A stretch of 64,000 nucleotides of DNA from the NCBI GenBank assembly GCA_973895155.1, contig OZ316892.1:27738307-27802306 (forward strand), read 5' to 3'. Numbering within the stretch: the first letter of the stretch is position 1; every line of letters begins with the position of its first letter. A program made the translations under genes and the position numbers. The notes under the pieces were generated by a model that was not told where the DNA came from, made no database searches, and saw only the letters and a list, made by a program, of their open reading frames with translations. Positions 28,035 to 39,815 of this stretch are shown here, one piece after another. Source of the DNA: Marsupella aquatica. Its lineage: Eukaryota > Plantae > Marchantiophyta.

Positions 28035-28790
28035 AATACGAAGATGGGATACGGCGTATCCCATTTCGGATCCAACCGCGGAATTCCAAACAAAAAAAAA
28101 ACACAGTAAAGGTGCCGATATTGGTTTACCCGACAAGAATATTCCAAAACGATTCTTCTCAATGGTAACATTTAACCGACTGTGATGCAACTGCAGTCAA
28201 ATACTAACCACGGTCAGTGAGAAAACTATAAATAGGAGATCACCGCTTGAGAATTTTACGCTCATTTTTTCTCGCTCTGTATACTCTTACTCTCGACGAA
28301 TGCACACCGTCTATACAAACTCGTATTCCCCAAAAATCAGTTTTGATGAATATGTGAAAATCTTCCTGAAAATGGCGAGGACGAATCCCAAATGGGATAC
28401 GGCGTATCCCGTTTGGGATTCAACCCTCAAATTTCAAGTTTTCGTTTCACATTAGCTAAAAAAGGAGGTTGGATGCGACATGGGATACCTCTGAATATGA
28501 AGTATCGTAGACTCCAAATGTCAAAACCTCAATGTTGAATGCGAAATGGGATACGGCGTATCCCATTTGGGATTCACTCTTCAAATGTCCAGTTTGATTT
28601 CTCTTTAGCTAAAAAAGGAGGTTGGATGCGAAGTGGGATAAGGGGTATCCCATGTCGCATCCAACCTACGAAAATGAAGCATCTTAGACTCCAAATGTCA
28701 AAACCTCAATGTTGAATGCGAAATGGGATACGGCGTATCCCGTTTGGGATACGGCGTATCCCGTTTGGGATTCACTCTTCAAATGTCCAG
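28035..28790. repeat. Left cluster of TGGGATAC-N3-GTATCCCA palindromes
   Basis: Copies at ~28045, 28393, 28481 (half), 28547, 28634, 28724, 28745; includes a ~177-bp duplicated unit. Confidence 0.9.
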
Positions 28791-28979
28791 TTTTGATTGC
28801 CCATGTGGTATTTACCTAGAGTTTATTTGAATGATGGGAAAAACCTTATGGATTACTGATTGTTTCGCAGGCGAAGTTCAACTGAACTGTACGCACTGAA
28901 GCTCTTGCTGCCTTTCAGTGACCGACACCCACTCAAGCTTAAGCTTTCCTTGAAAAATGAAGTTTTCTCTTGTGAGTCT

Positions 28980-29307
28980 AATGGCGGTCCAGAATCAAAA
29001 CCTTGAGAAACGTGCTCATCGATTGTATAAGCGATTAGTTGCACTCAAAGTTCTTTGTCCTGGATTAGGCGCGCTATGGACGGGAGGCGTGGATCCACAT
29101 GATAGTTTGAATCCACTCCAAATAGAGTTTTGTGAAAAAAATGAGGACGGAGTTCCAATTTGGTCGAGGATATGTTTGAGTGGTTGTCTGCACTCTGTTA
29201 ATTCTTCTTGTAACTATTGTTGTGATGCCCAAAACAAATATCATCGATTGGCATATTTTTGTTGTCGGATTTGGAACGAAGATCCTTGGGTTAACTTATC
29301 GCGTTGA
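28980..29307 (+). CDS. Small Cys-rich hypothetical ORF of the transposon
   Basis: Open frame from ATG 28980 with CLSGCLH...CNYCC...H...FCC; no family recognised. Confidence 0.3.
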
Positions 29308-29483
29308 ATTTTCTTGATTAGTGTGTAAGTGTTTAGGTGAACGTTCTTGGGTCAAACATTTTGTGAAAATATTTTTCTTTTGACCAAAGAAATAAAATCA
29401 GTTTTTCCATCACTGTTTTGTAGGTTGTTGAGAAAGAGCTCACCATCTCATTTATTACTCCAGGTATCCACTCTTATTTTGGA

Positions 29484-30035
29484 ATGGCAGTCACTGAGAG
29501 CCCTGTCTTTACAAGGTTAGCAATGTCATTCGACAAAGAGAAGAAACAAATTCAACAAAAAAGTGGCCAAAGGGAATCCGGATTGCTTTTGGATGGACTT
29601 GTTGACGAGATTGTTGAAACGTTCATTTGGCCCATTTTGAAAGTTTGTTGTATAGAGGATGAGTTTGATTCCTCCAAGAACCAAGCTGATGAAAGATTGA
29701 TGCGATTAAAAACCATGGTGTGGCTTGGATGCACCTCCAAGAAATGGAACCAGCTCGTAATTTGTACACGAGTCTGGGGTATTCTTAGACTAGCAAAAAG
29801 CCAGCTTGAGGAAGTGAATGAAATGCTGACAAGCATTCCCAATGGAAAACCCCTTCAGAATGTTCATATTGAAGCTTTTGTTAGGATGGAAACACCGAAT
29901 CTTCCTCCAATCGATTTCTTAGGTTTATTTTCAAGGTCTGACCTAAATCGATTTCAAGAAGACTGGCACAATCTTGAGAAAGATGAGCAAGCGAGGCTCT
30001 TGGAAATGTATGGGGAAGCTTCTAGTCTGGTTTAG
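29484..30035 (+). CDS. F-box-like cargo ORF (183 aa)
   Basis: LLDGLVDEIVETFIWPIL...LGCTSKKWNQLV resembles the plant F-box consensus L.GLPDE+...L..VSK.W..LV. Confidence 0.55.
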   Translation: MAVTESPVFTRLAMSFDKEKKQIQQKSGQRESGLLLDGLVDEIVETFIWPILKVCCIEDEFDSSKNQADERLMRLKTMVWLGCTSKKWNQLVICTRVWGILRLAKSQLEEVNEMLTSIPNGKPLQNVHIEAFVRMETPNLPPIDFLGLFSRSDLNRFQEDWHNLEKDEQARLLEMYGEASSLV

Positions 30036-30499
30036 AGCCATCTTGAATGGGCTCTTTGTAAAGACTCTTTTTAAGAATATCAACTTAGTTTATTTTGTGG
30101 CACAATTCTGAATGAATAAAGAGTTTTGTGATTACCCTTGCATCAACCTGATTCGCTACGCGTAAAATCTATTTGGTTGAATACAATGACTTGGGGATAT
30201 GCCTTATCTCTAGTCCCATCAAGAGAAAAAAGTATACATAGACATCTGGACTCCAACCCTATGCTTTTGGATACACACTATCGCCTGTGGAAACCTTATC
30301 GCCTGTGGATACGAAGGTGATAAAGTATAAATAGGAGTGCCTGGTCAGAAAAATTACTCTCATTTCTTTTTCTTCTCAACTTTGTTGGCCTCCGCGTTTT
30401 TCTCGGGCCGCAACATCTCTATAGCTTTTCGTATTTGCTCGAATCGAAACCAAAAAATAGGTAAAAACTGAAGAAACTCTCCCCTCCTCGTTTGGTTAA

Positions 30500-31066
30500 T
30501 TGTTGAATCCTGAGAGGGATACGCCGTATCCCCCTTTGTATTCAACTCTATTATTTGGCCTTCTTTTCAATGTTGAATACGGGATGGGATACCGCGTATC
30601 CCATCTCGCATTGAACACCCTCTTTTTAGTCTTCCATCCAAACCTCCTCGCTCTTTTTTGACTTTGAATACGAACTGGGATACCGCATTTCCCATTTCGC
30701 ATTCAACTCCCTCTTTTTTGTGCTTTGCATCAGACTCGAGGCAATTGTTGAGGTTGGATGCGAAGTGGGATACCGCGTATCCCATTTCGTATTCAAGTCC
30801 CTCTTTTTCATTAATTGCATCAGACTCTGGACATTTGTTGTTGTTGGATGCGAAGTGGGATACCGCGTATCCCATTTTGCATTCAACTCCCTCTTTTTCG
30901 TTCTTTGCATCAGACTCTGGACATTTGTTGTTGTTGGATGCGAAGTGGGATACCGCGTATCCCATTTTGCATTCAACTCCCTCTTTTTCGTTCTTTGCAT
31001 CTGACTTGGCAATTGTTGATGTTGGATGCAAAGTGGGATACCGCGTATCCCATCTCGCATTCAACT
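30500..31066. repeat. ~90-bp tandem array, one long palindrome per unit, upstream of the ParB-MTase gene
   Basis: Cores at ~30516, 30585, 30676, 30766, 30856, 30946, 31034; extended palindrome gttggatgcgaagtgggatac-cgc-gtatcccatttcgcattcaac. Confidence 0.95.
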
Positions 31067-31108
31067 ACTTTTGGTCTGGTTCTAAGTGTGTCAATCATTT
31101 TTAGGATC

Positions 31109-34100
31109 ATGTCGAACAAATCAAAGTCGTCTGGTTCGACCCAATCTTCACGGACATCCATTGTCGATGAGATTTGGAAGAAAGACCTTTACACGGAGGA
31201 GAAACTCATGAGAAATAGGTGGTACTTCAGGGATGCTCGGGCGATGGATATTCACAGAGCCTATGAAGGTCCAGCGGTGTTGTTGGTTATAGTTAAGGGT
31301 AAAGACCATTGCCATTATGGATTAGTCGACTCAAAAATAAAATAGCTGAAGAAGATTCCAATGTACCTTTGCATTCTTCCAAACAATGCCTTCACTATAG
31401 TTGTCCTCAACTACGAGAAACTTGATCGGGTCTCGATGAACACATTTCCTGATGACCCGATCTGCCAGCTAATTTCGGAAGTGCCGGAGATTGAGGACTT
31501 TTCTTATTGGTGTTTGAAATTTGTCTTGAAGTCTTGGAGGGTTGTTGAGGATTTTATGAAGGTAGCGTATAGGTCCGTTGTTGGAGCCGACTTTGGCGTC
31601 AAAGAGCGGCCTTTGAAGTTGAAAGTGACGAAGCCTACCGATCCGGCTTCAAAGTCAGGGAAGATGTCTGGAACACCCTCGACAAAGGAGAAATCTGCCA
31701 CAATTTCATTTAAGGAACCGACAAAGAAGAAGCTTGCAGATCAACTCTCCAGGGAAGGTTCTAAAGTAGCGGTGTCAGGAGAAGCTATTGTCAAGAAGAA
31801 ATTGGATCGACGTGACATCTAGAAGCGCGCGCCTTCTGCACCAGGAAGTGTTGTCTCATCTTTGGTCCCACCAATTTCATAGACACCTTCTCAGATTCCT
31901 TCAACTTCGTCAGGTGGGCCTTCTTTATCATCTAGGGGAGCTGTTAAAGAAAAGAAAAATGATTCAACAGATATCACCACAGCTTTGCAGCGGGAAGAGA
32001 CACTTGTGGTTCGTGAAGAAGTGTCTCGGTTGATGGAGACTAAGCGAGTTCAGAAGACAATAGTTATTCTGAAACAACTAACCTGCTTCTTGTTGACGAT
32101 ATTGACGACGAGAACTCAACGTTGGTTCGAACAGTCGATCGGTTGCATGTGGAGAACATCAAGACTTTGATGAAAATGAATCCGATAAATTTCACGACGC
32201 CATTTGTCTTGTTTGTGATCCCCGAAGACTGCCCGACAGTGACAGATTGGGACTCAGAAAAGGCAACAAGCTGGAGATATCAAGTGATTGGAGGTAATCA
32301 CGGTGCTCGGGCTAAGAGAGAATTGTATCAGGCTTATGGGAGAGAGATCTTCAATGAACTCCAAGCTTGGGTGTATGCTGGTCTCACAAGGGAGGACATT
32401 CATAAACTTAGCATCCAACATAATATTGATCAGGAGTACAGGAAAAAAATGAACAACATTGATCAAATCCGAACAATGCATAAGATTTTCCTTGCCAGAG
32501 GAATGGCAAAAACCAAGGAGACTAGAGAAGCGTGTGCGATGGAGGTTTGCCTCGACGGGTTTTTTCCGGGGGACGCCACAAGCCTGAAGAAGCATGAGCC
32601 TCTCTTCCAAATTGCGTTTAGGTCGGGTAAGGTCTGGGAACTCCAAGACCAGATCTTTGAGATGTGGAACAAGTTGGAGATCAAAGGGCAGAATAAGCAG
32701 AAGTCACCGATCAAGAAACTCAAGAAAGGAAAGGGAAAAGCGCAGTCGATTCCAAAAGCTTTGAATAAGCTTGCAGGGGGCCTTAACTTGACACCTTGGA
32801 GAGCAATCCAGGGAATTGAACACGACCAATGTTTGGAGTCCCTTCTTCTCCGAGTGAAGGACCGGATGATCTCTTTGGAGCAGATGGCAAAAGAAGCCGA
32901 GAGTTACAAGAAACTTGTGAAAATCAGCAAGATTTTTGTTTAGTTGTCAGGGCACCCAGACTGGGCGACTTGCAAACGAATGTTTCCGAAAGAAACAGAA
33001 TCTGTCGAGCTTGAAAGATGGAGTGGGAAATTGTCCGATGTGGTATGTTCTCCCCTTCCACTGATTGGACTTTTCTATTTGTTTCGCCATGTTTGGAGGT
33101 TTTCTTTGTGGATTTCTTGTTGGAATGCGAAGTGGGATACGGGGTATCCCATCTCGGATTCACTTGTGCTTATTTGATGTTGGTGATGTTTCAAAGCGGT
33201 TTTTTCTTGGTTGAATGCGAAGTGGGATACGCGGTATCCCATCTCGTATTCACTTGTGGTTATTTGACGTTTGTGATGTTTCAATGTGGTTTTTGCTTGG
33301 TTGAATTTGAAGTAGGATACGCGGTATCCCATCTCGTATTCAATGTGGTTATTTGACGTTTGTGATGTTTCAATGTGGTTTTTGCTTGGTTGAATTCAAA
33401 GTAGGATACGCGGTATCCCACCTCGTATTCAATGTGGTTATTTGACGTTTGTGATGTTTCAATGTGGTTTTTGCTTGGTTGAATTCAAAGTAGGATACGC
33501 GGTATCCCACCTCGTATTCAATGTGGTTATTTGACGTTTGTGATGTTTCAATGTGGTTTTTGCTTGGTCGAATGCGAAGTGGGATACGGGGTATCCCATC
33601 TCGGATTCACTTGTGGTTATTTGATGGTGGTGATGTTTGACTATGGTTTTTGCTTGGTTGAATATGAACTAGGATACGGAGTATCCCATGTCGCATTCGT
33701 CGTCCAGATTTGATTGTTTGAATTCCTAAATGGTTATCTCCCCATTGTCTTTCCTCCAGATTCTTTTAACAAGTTTGCGTTTGCAATTGAAAGCTTCTTC
33801 GAAGAAGAAGAACAAGGATGCAATTGGTGCTGATGCGGTTGAGAAGCCTACGGAGGAGCTGACTTCGAGTGTTATTCCCCCGGGGTTTAAGAATTACGTT
33901 CAAGAAGCGATTGAGAACTACAACCGACGTCGTGGGATTGAAACGGTTGAAGCAGAGTCGAATGACCATCGATGGAAAAACGTTGACGGAAATTTTATCA
34001 CATATACATTGCATTGTGGAGATGTCAGGGCGCTGGATAAGTTTGTAGAGAAAAGGAATTACACACTTGCAATTGCAGACATTCCTTATGGATTCAATGC

Positions 34101-34888
34101 GCCTGGCTCTGAAAATGATGAGGTCCCATTTTTAGAGAGTGATATTGTGGATATGGTGAATTGTTTTGCCAAGGTGACAAGTTCAAAGATGTGGAGATTG
34201 TTGTGATTCACTCTTTGCAGCAAAGTTGGTCTGTGATGAATGCTCTTGGAAAAACTTGTAACGCAGGTGTAGAGGCTGGAATTTGGGAGAAGCCAAATGT
34301 ACATGCTCATCCTTCTGGGAATCGATTGGCTTGGGTATATCGCGAGAGTGATATTATCGCGAGAGTGGTATTAGGACCAGAAACATGTACAATTTTGAAC
34401 ATGATGAGAAAAGGGTAAACATCATAAAAGTCCCTTGTGTTACAAAGAAATGTGTAACACCATTGGGAGAAATAGTGAACCCTTACCAAAAACCGATAGC
34501 TCTAGCAGATTGGTTCGTTCAACATTTTAGTGAAGCAGGGGATTGGGTTGCTGATTTATGTGCGGGGAGTGGTTTGACCTCATGCGCTGCCTTGTTAGGG
34601 AAACGTCCGGTGACAGTCGTGGAGCTCAGTGCAAGCCAGGTGGATTGTATCCGGACCCGACTTGTCACGCTTGATGAATTGTGGGACTTGAATGATGAAG
34701 CAACCGAGGAGGGTACAGGACCCATGAGCTTTGAGGTTCAACCACCTATTGGTGGTACTACGAGCACCCTCACCATTGGAACTTGCATTATTACAACCGC
34801 GGAGGAGAACGACAATGATGAGGATGAAGAGGATGAAGTGGAACATGAAGCTCCGACACTTGATCTTGGCTCATTCCTTGAGGTGTAG
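31109..34888 (+). pseudogene. ParB/Srx-like domain + permuted (beta-class) N6A/N4C DNA methyltransferase; intron 33043-33759; disrupted by stops and frameshifts
   Basis: ParB-like: HVENIK...PFVLFV...YQVIGGNHGARA...LTREDIHKLSIQHN. MTase: LHCGDV, IADIPYG (DPPY-like motif IV), IWEKPN, YQKPIAL...HFSEAGDWVADLCAGSG (motif I). Stops at 31343 and 32941, frameshifts near 31820-32120, 34200, 34340. Confidence 0.82.
33110..33705. repeat. Seven 89-90-bp palindrome-bearing units filling the MTase intron
   Basis: Cores at 33133, 33223, 33313, 33402, 33491, 33580, 33670, between donor GTATGT (33043) and acceptor CAG (33759). Confidence 0.95.
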
Positions 34889-35000
34889 ACTTAAGTTTGA
34901 TTAGTTCTCTCATGTTGTATCTATTGATCCAAACTTGTGAAATATTGAAGAAGATTATGACTGGACTATGTTCTTATTTCACAAAATAATGTCTTTGCAG

Positions 35001-35913
35001 GAACCAAAGGAGGATTTTGTATTGAAACATGTTCTGCATAGATTCTCACACAATCCTTCTAATGGATTTCTTTTGGACAATAAAACATTGAGCCAACTTG
35101 AACCCCGTCAATATTTGGGTGATGAAATAATGGAATTTTACCCACAATTAATAATCAAGAAACATGGAGATCTGGCTCCCTCAGTAAACACATTATCCTC
35201 TTTTTTTACCCTTGGCTTGTTTCAAGGATTGAAACAGAACCAGCTGAGACCTTGTTGGAATCAATTCAAAAGATGCGGAATTATTACAAGCCACCATTTT
35301 CCCAAATTGAGGTCATTCTCATGCCAATTCACATGAGCATGCACTGGAGTCTGGTTGTAATATGTTTGGATCGGATTGAATCTTTGATCAAAATGTATCA
35401 TCTAGACTCTCTCGCCGGTCTACACTCAACCCATGTAATTGGATCAATACTAAGCAGGTACGTATATATTCTATTATATTTTTTCAATTTGAATTTATTT
35501 ATGTGGTACATAAATATAAACACTTTGGACTAAGAACTTTGAATGATAATTTGCAAATATTTTACAATGGAATGGGAATTATTTTTTGGAAAAGTTCCAA
35601 TGGGAGTTGTGGAGATATACAATCCAATGGTAAGGATTTGAAAAGTAATTTCAACTTTTATTTAGTTCAATTATTAAACACTTTGGACTAACTTTAAGAT
35701 TCTTTCTCAGGTACCTCAACAACCAAACAATTCAGATTGTGGTCTATTTGTTCTTCAAAATATGGACGAAATCAGAATTCAATATGGCATATTACACAAT
35801 GCCTTGATGCACAGTCTTTATTTACTGAAAAATGGTACAATTGTAAAAGAGCATGTAACCTTAGAAAATTCATTCGAGATCAAATTCTAAAATTGATGCA
35901 TGTACCTGTTTAA
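35001..35913 (+). pseudogene. Ulp1/C48 SUMO-protease-like domain (3 exons, frameshifted)
   Basis: LEPRQYLGDEIMEFY, PIHMSMHWSLVV, HLDSL, VPQQPNNSDCGLFV supply the His-Asp-Cys triad and oxyanion Gln. Confidence 0.88.
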
Positions 35914-35924
35914 GGACATCAATC

Positions 35925-38900
35925 TCAATCCTCTAAGTGTGCAGAACCTCTCTCTAATATAGCAGACTCTATAATTTTTTTAGTTTTTGCTGCTATTTGA
36001 TTAGTACTTAAAAGCGCAAAGTTGTATGCATACACCGTTGTTGATGATAGAACTAGTTCATCTTGGAGAAGTCGATTAGATATATTATCTTTCTCTGGAA
36101 AATATTTCCCATCAATAGCAGACTCAGCACTTGCCTCAGTTGTGTACCATGTGATTTTGATTCTCTCAGGAATGTCTGCAGTTCTTGTCAAAATCTTTGA
36201 CACCTTTACCATCCAAAACAACTTGCCTTTTGGATCCTTGTGTGCCGCTACACATATCATGGACCACTTATTCTTAACTTCCATATCTCTGAAATCTCCA
36301 AATTCAGCTTGCTTTCGTCGAGGTCCGGAGTACATAATTCTCTGTGGTCCAGCAACTTTGTCAACCAAAGTTGGATCAACACCTTCTTCAACAAGTTCAT
36401 TTCTCACCCTTGGAAGTAGTTGTGCACCTTGATTTTGTTGTGGCCAAACCCACTCAAATAACCACTCACCTTCCTCTAGGTAGTTTTTGATAATATCTTT
36501 TTGTTTCTCAAAAAAACTCATCCACCAAAGTTTATCTTCATTGTCAAAGTAATTGAAACCTTCCTAGATAGCTTTTTCATATTTCACTAGAGTAGTTAAT
36601 GCACCATCTGTATTGGAAGAATCATGGACATCATACCTCTCAACACCTTTTGCTGACTTTAGTGACATTTGTGCAGCAACCCACATTCTTGAAGTTGGAA
36701 TGTATTGACGAACGTCACTGCATCTCCCCAATCCTGGGTCGTGGAAAGATGTTTCCCGTGAAATGTTGTTTCTTCGTTTCCATCCTCCATGACTCGTTTG
36801 AATCTGAATTGCCTTTGAAAAGTTATGAGATTGAGATCTCTCAAGACTCTACTTGAGACTCCCTTCTCATTTGGCTGGTCGTTTTCATTGATAAATTTTC
36901 AAAAATTGGCTACTTCATCCACAAATATGATCAAAGCTTCAGGTGAATATGCTCGTCGAATAATATCCTCAAGAGTCTCCAAGCGAAATGCTTTGTGCTG
37001 GTTTAACCTAGACAAAAATTTACTAAACATCTGATCTATCTGGTCATGTGTATGACCGACCAACAAGAAACCCACTTTAATCTTGTCAAAAATCTTCAAA
37101 TCTACTAACATGTGAAGATAAGCCATCAAGAATTTATTCTTGTTTTCCCGAGTGATATTATCTAATTAAAGATATAATACTCTTGGTAATGTCCCATCCC
37201 ATGTATTCAATACATTTTGAATAACATGTATGGTCAAGTTTGCATCATTATGGATATTGGGATATGTCAAAAATACTTTTGCTACAAGGTTCCTGTTGAA
37301 GATGAGACAACCTACAACATGTATTGGAATGAAATACTTTTCATCCATGTTCTTTGGACAACGAAGAAAATGTGGTAGCTCTGTTTTCTTTTGATCCATA
37401 CCATCTATACAAATACCCAAATACTTGTTGGGCTCATCATAGCATTTTTTACGATGCTTGGCTAACTTCATCATTTCCAATGATTGTACTTTTCGATGCT
37501 CCATAAGGGCATTGATATACTTTCCTGAAATGATACAATAGCAATGAATTAAAAATCAATAACTAAGGATAAACTTTGACAAATATTGAATTACATGTCA
37601 TCAAATTAAAGTTGAAGATTATAGTTAGTGGAACTTACTTTTATCCTCTTCAGTTGTTGCTTTGTCCCGAAGAGCCTTGAATTTAGTACAAGGACCACAA
37701 GTAGAAAATCGACTCCTTTTAGGAATTCGTACATTTGGAAACTTTTTTTTCCAAACACGCAAAAAATAAGAATATATAACTTGTTGTTCTTCTCGCAACA
37801 TTGTTTCAGCTTCAAAGATTCCATGTATCTCTTGCTTTATCCAATTGTCTGGCAAGTGATGAATCTCTTTATGGGGAAGACTATCCATATTTTTTTGGAA
37901 AAAATCTTTCAACCATTCCACCAAGTTTAGAAATGAAGGTGAGTCTTCCTTACAAAAGGTATCTCGTTCAATCCTTGTAAACATGTTTCCATGGATTGTT
38001 GTCAATCTATTATTACCTAAAGAATATAGTTTCTTGAATCCTCCTCTACATATAGGTTGTCCATTTACACTATATCCACGAGAAGTACTACAGTTGTTCA
38101 TGATACAACCTCGTAGCAAAATATTTTTTTGCAAGTGTTTAAGACCAAAATAATACTTGCGTTGTTTTGAGCATTCCTCTAGACCCAGAGACCTCAAGCA
38201 AAACTTGTCACAACAAGGATATTTAAAAATATCTTTAATTTTGCGTTTTTTTAGATTTGCAATGGTAAGTCTATCTTTTCTAATCATCTGATCTCTGATT
38301 TTCTTGCTGGGTCTTGTCACCTCTACTCTATCCTGAATAGTGTCGGGAGAACTTACCCCCCCACTATTTTCTAGTGAATTAGAATTTAAAACAAAAAGAT
38401 CTTCTGTAGAGTTGTTTCCACTCTCCACATTTTCTGTAACTGTTTCATGAACAATCTCACATCCCAGGATCTCTTCAACAACATTTGAGATTACAGCAGT
38501 CTCTCTATCATTTGCAGCCTCCTCTAATCTCTCTTCAGAGTCTTCTGAAAATGTAATAGGTGTTCGGAAATTTCTAGTTTGAAATATTCTAATGATATTC
38601 ACATCTTCAGTCGGAGTACCGCCCACTTGTCTCTGAGACTGTAATCCCAGCCTAGGTGATTCTTCTCGACTTGAGGGCTCATCTTGACCATTGAATAATC
38701 TTTGGACAAGTTTCAATTTAGCATGTACCCTTGAATTTTTGGGCCCTCTCTCCGGCAGCTCACTTCGCAATAATCTCCGAGAAATTTTTTGGACACTAGA
38801 TCTCTTCCCTCTTTCGTTCTGCACTTGCCATCCAATGGAAGATCCAAAAACCTCACACTGCATCCTCGCCAAAGGGCTTCAAAATCCAATGTTGTTAGTT

Positions 38901-39815
38901 TTACCACTCGGTGAAATAACTGATGGGAATACCGATTGGGATCCATGGATCCCAACTCGTATTCGTCCTTCAGGACTTTGAAGTGAAAACTTTCCCACTT
39001 GCTGTTCTGCGTCATGACTTGGTAATTTTCCGTTGCGCAATACGAACTGGGATCCGCGTATCCCATTTCGCATTCCACCATCGGAACTCGGGTTGGAAGT
39101 CCGCAAGACCGGTGACTCGGGCATAGGATTCTGTAAAATACCACGATGGAATACTAAGTGGGATCCATGGATCCCACTTCGTATTTGACCCAAGGAATTT
39201 GGTACTGAAGGAGACGACATAGGCAATTCGTGTTCACCGTTTTTCAACATTTGAGTAGGGAATACCAAGTGGGATCCACGGATCTCACTTGGTATTTGAC
39301 CCACCAAATTTGGCTCCGAGGCTGCCCCTCCCTGCAATTCCGGCACATTTGGACTCCTCATTCGCTCAAACTGTGATTGAACACTGGACACAGCTATCTT
39401 CACTCCCAGAGAACGAGACATTGGAAAAACCAACGGAGATCTTCGGACGGGCCTACATGGTAACGTTGTTCTTGGCATTAAAAACCGGGGCCTTCGCCTT
39501 TGAAGATCTGTCAGGGTTTGCGGTGAACCAAGTGTCTCTGTCGTAGGAACTACATTAGGCTTCTTTACAAGTAGACGTCGTTTAAGAGGTTTACTTGGAG
39601 AGACATATATAGTATGAAATCGGAGCACCCACAACACTCCTACAAGACTCTGAATCAGACTCTGATTTCTCAGATTCTGAGGAAAATGAAATCTCTGGCA
39701 CTACTCTCTGTGAGGTTTGTAATTCATTCATCAAACGAGATGGAATAAATTTTCGAACAACATCTGGCGAAGATGCATCTGAACTGTAAATTGACTCATC
39801 ACTTGAAGACGCCAT
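35925..39815 (-). pseudogene. DDE/D-type transposase (recalled as DUF7869-type, Sola-like motifs) with Cys clusters; intron 37638-37525; several stops and frameshifts
   Basis: CCDKFCL, CRGGFKKLY, FSTCGPC, CIDGMDQKKT.LPHF, LYL*LDNITRENKN, FLLVGHTHDQIDQMFS; lies between the TIRs. Confidence 0.8.
38925..39300. repeat. Four palindrome copies at exact 111-bp spacing within the transposase N-terminal frame
   Basis: tgggatcc-N3-g(g/t)atc(c/t)ca cores at 38937, 39048, 39159, 39270, translated as (G/E)I(R/H)GS(H/Q) repeats. Confidence 0.85.

Noticed and set aside
30567-31104. Several overlapping 140-170 aa ORFs on both strands
   Set aside because: Artefacts of the stop-poor 90-bp tandem repeat
30500-33705. 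Regularly spaced palindromic repeats resembling a CRISPR array
   Set aside because: Spacers within each array are near-identical rather than unique, there are no cas genes, and the context is a spliced eukaryotic transposon
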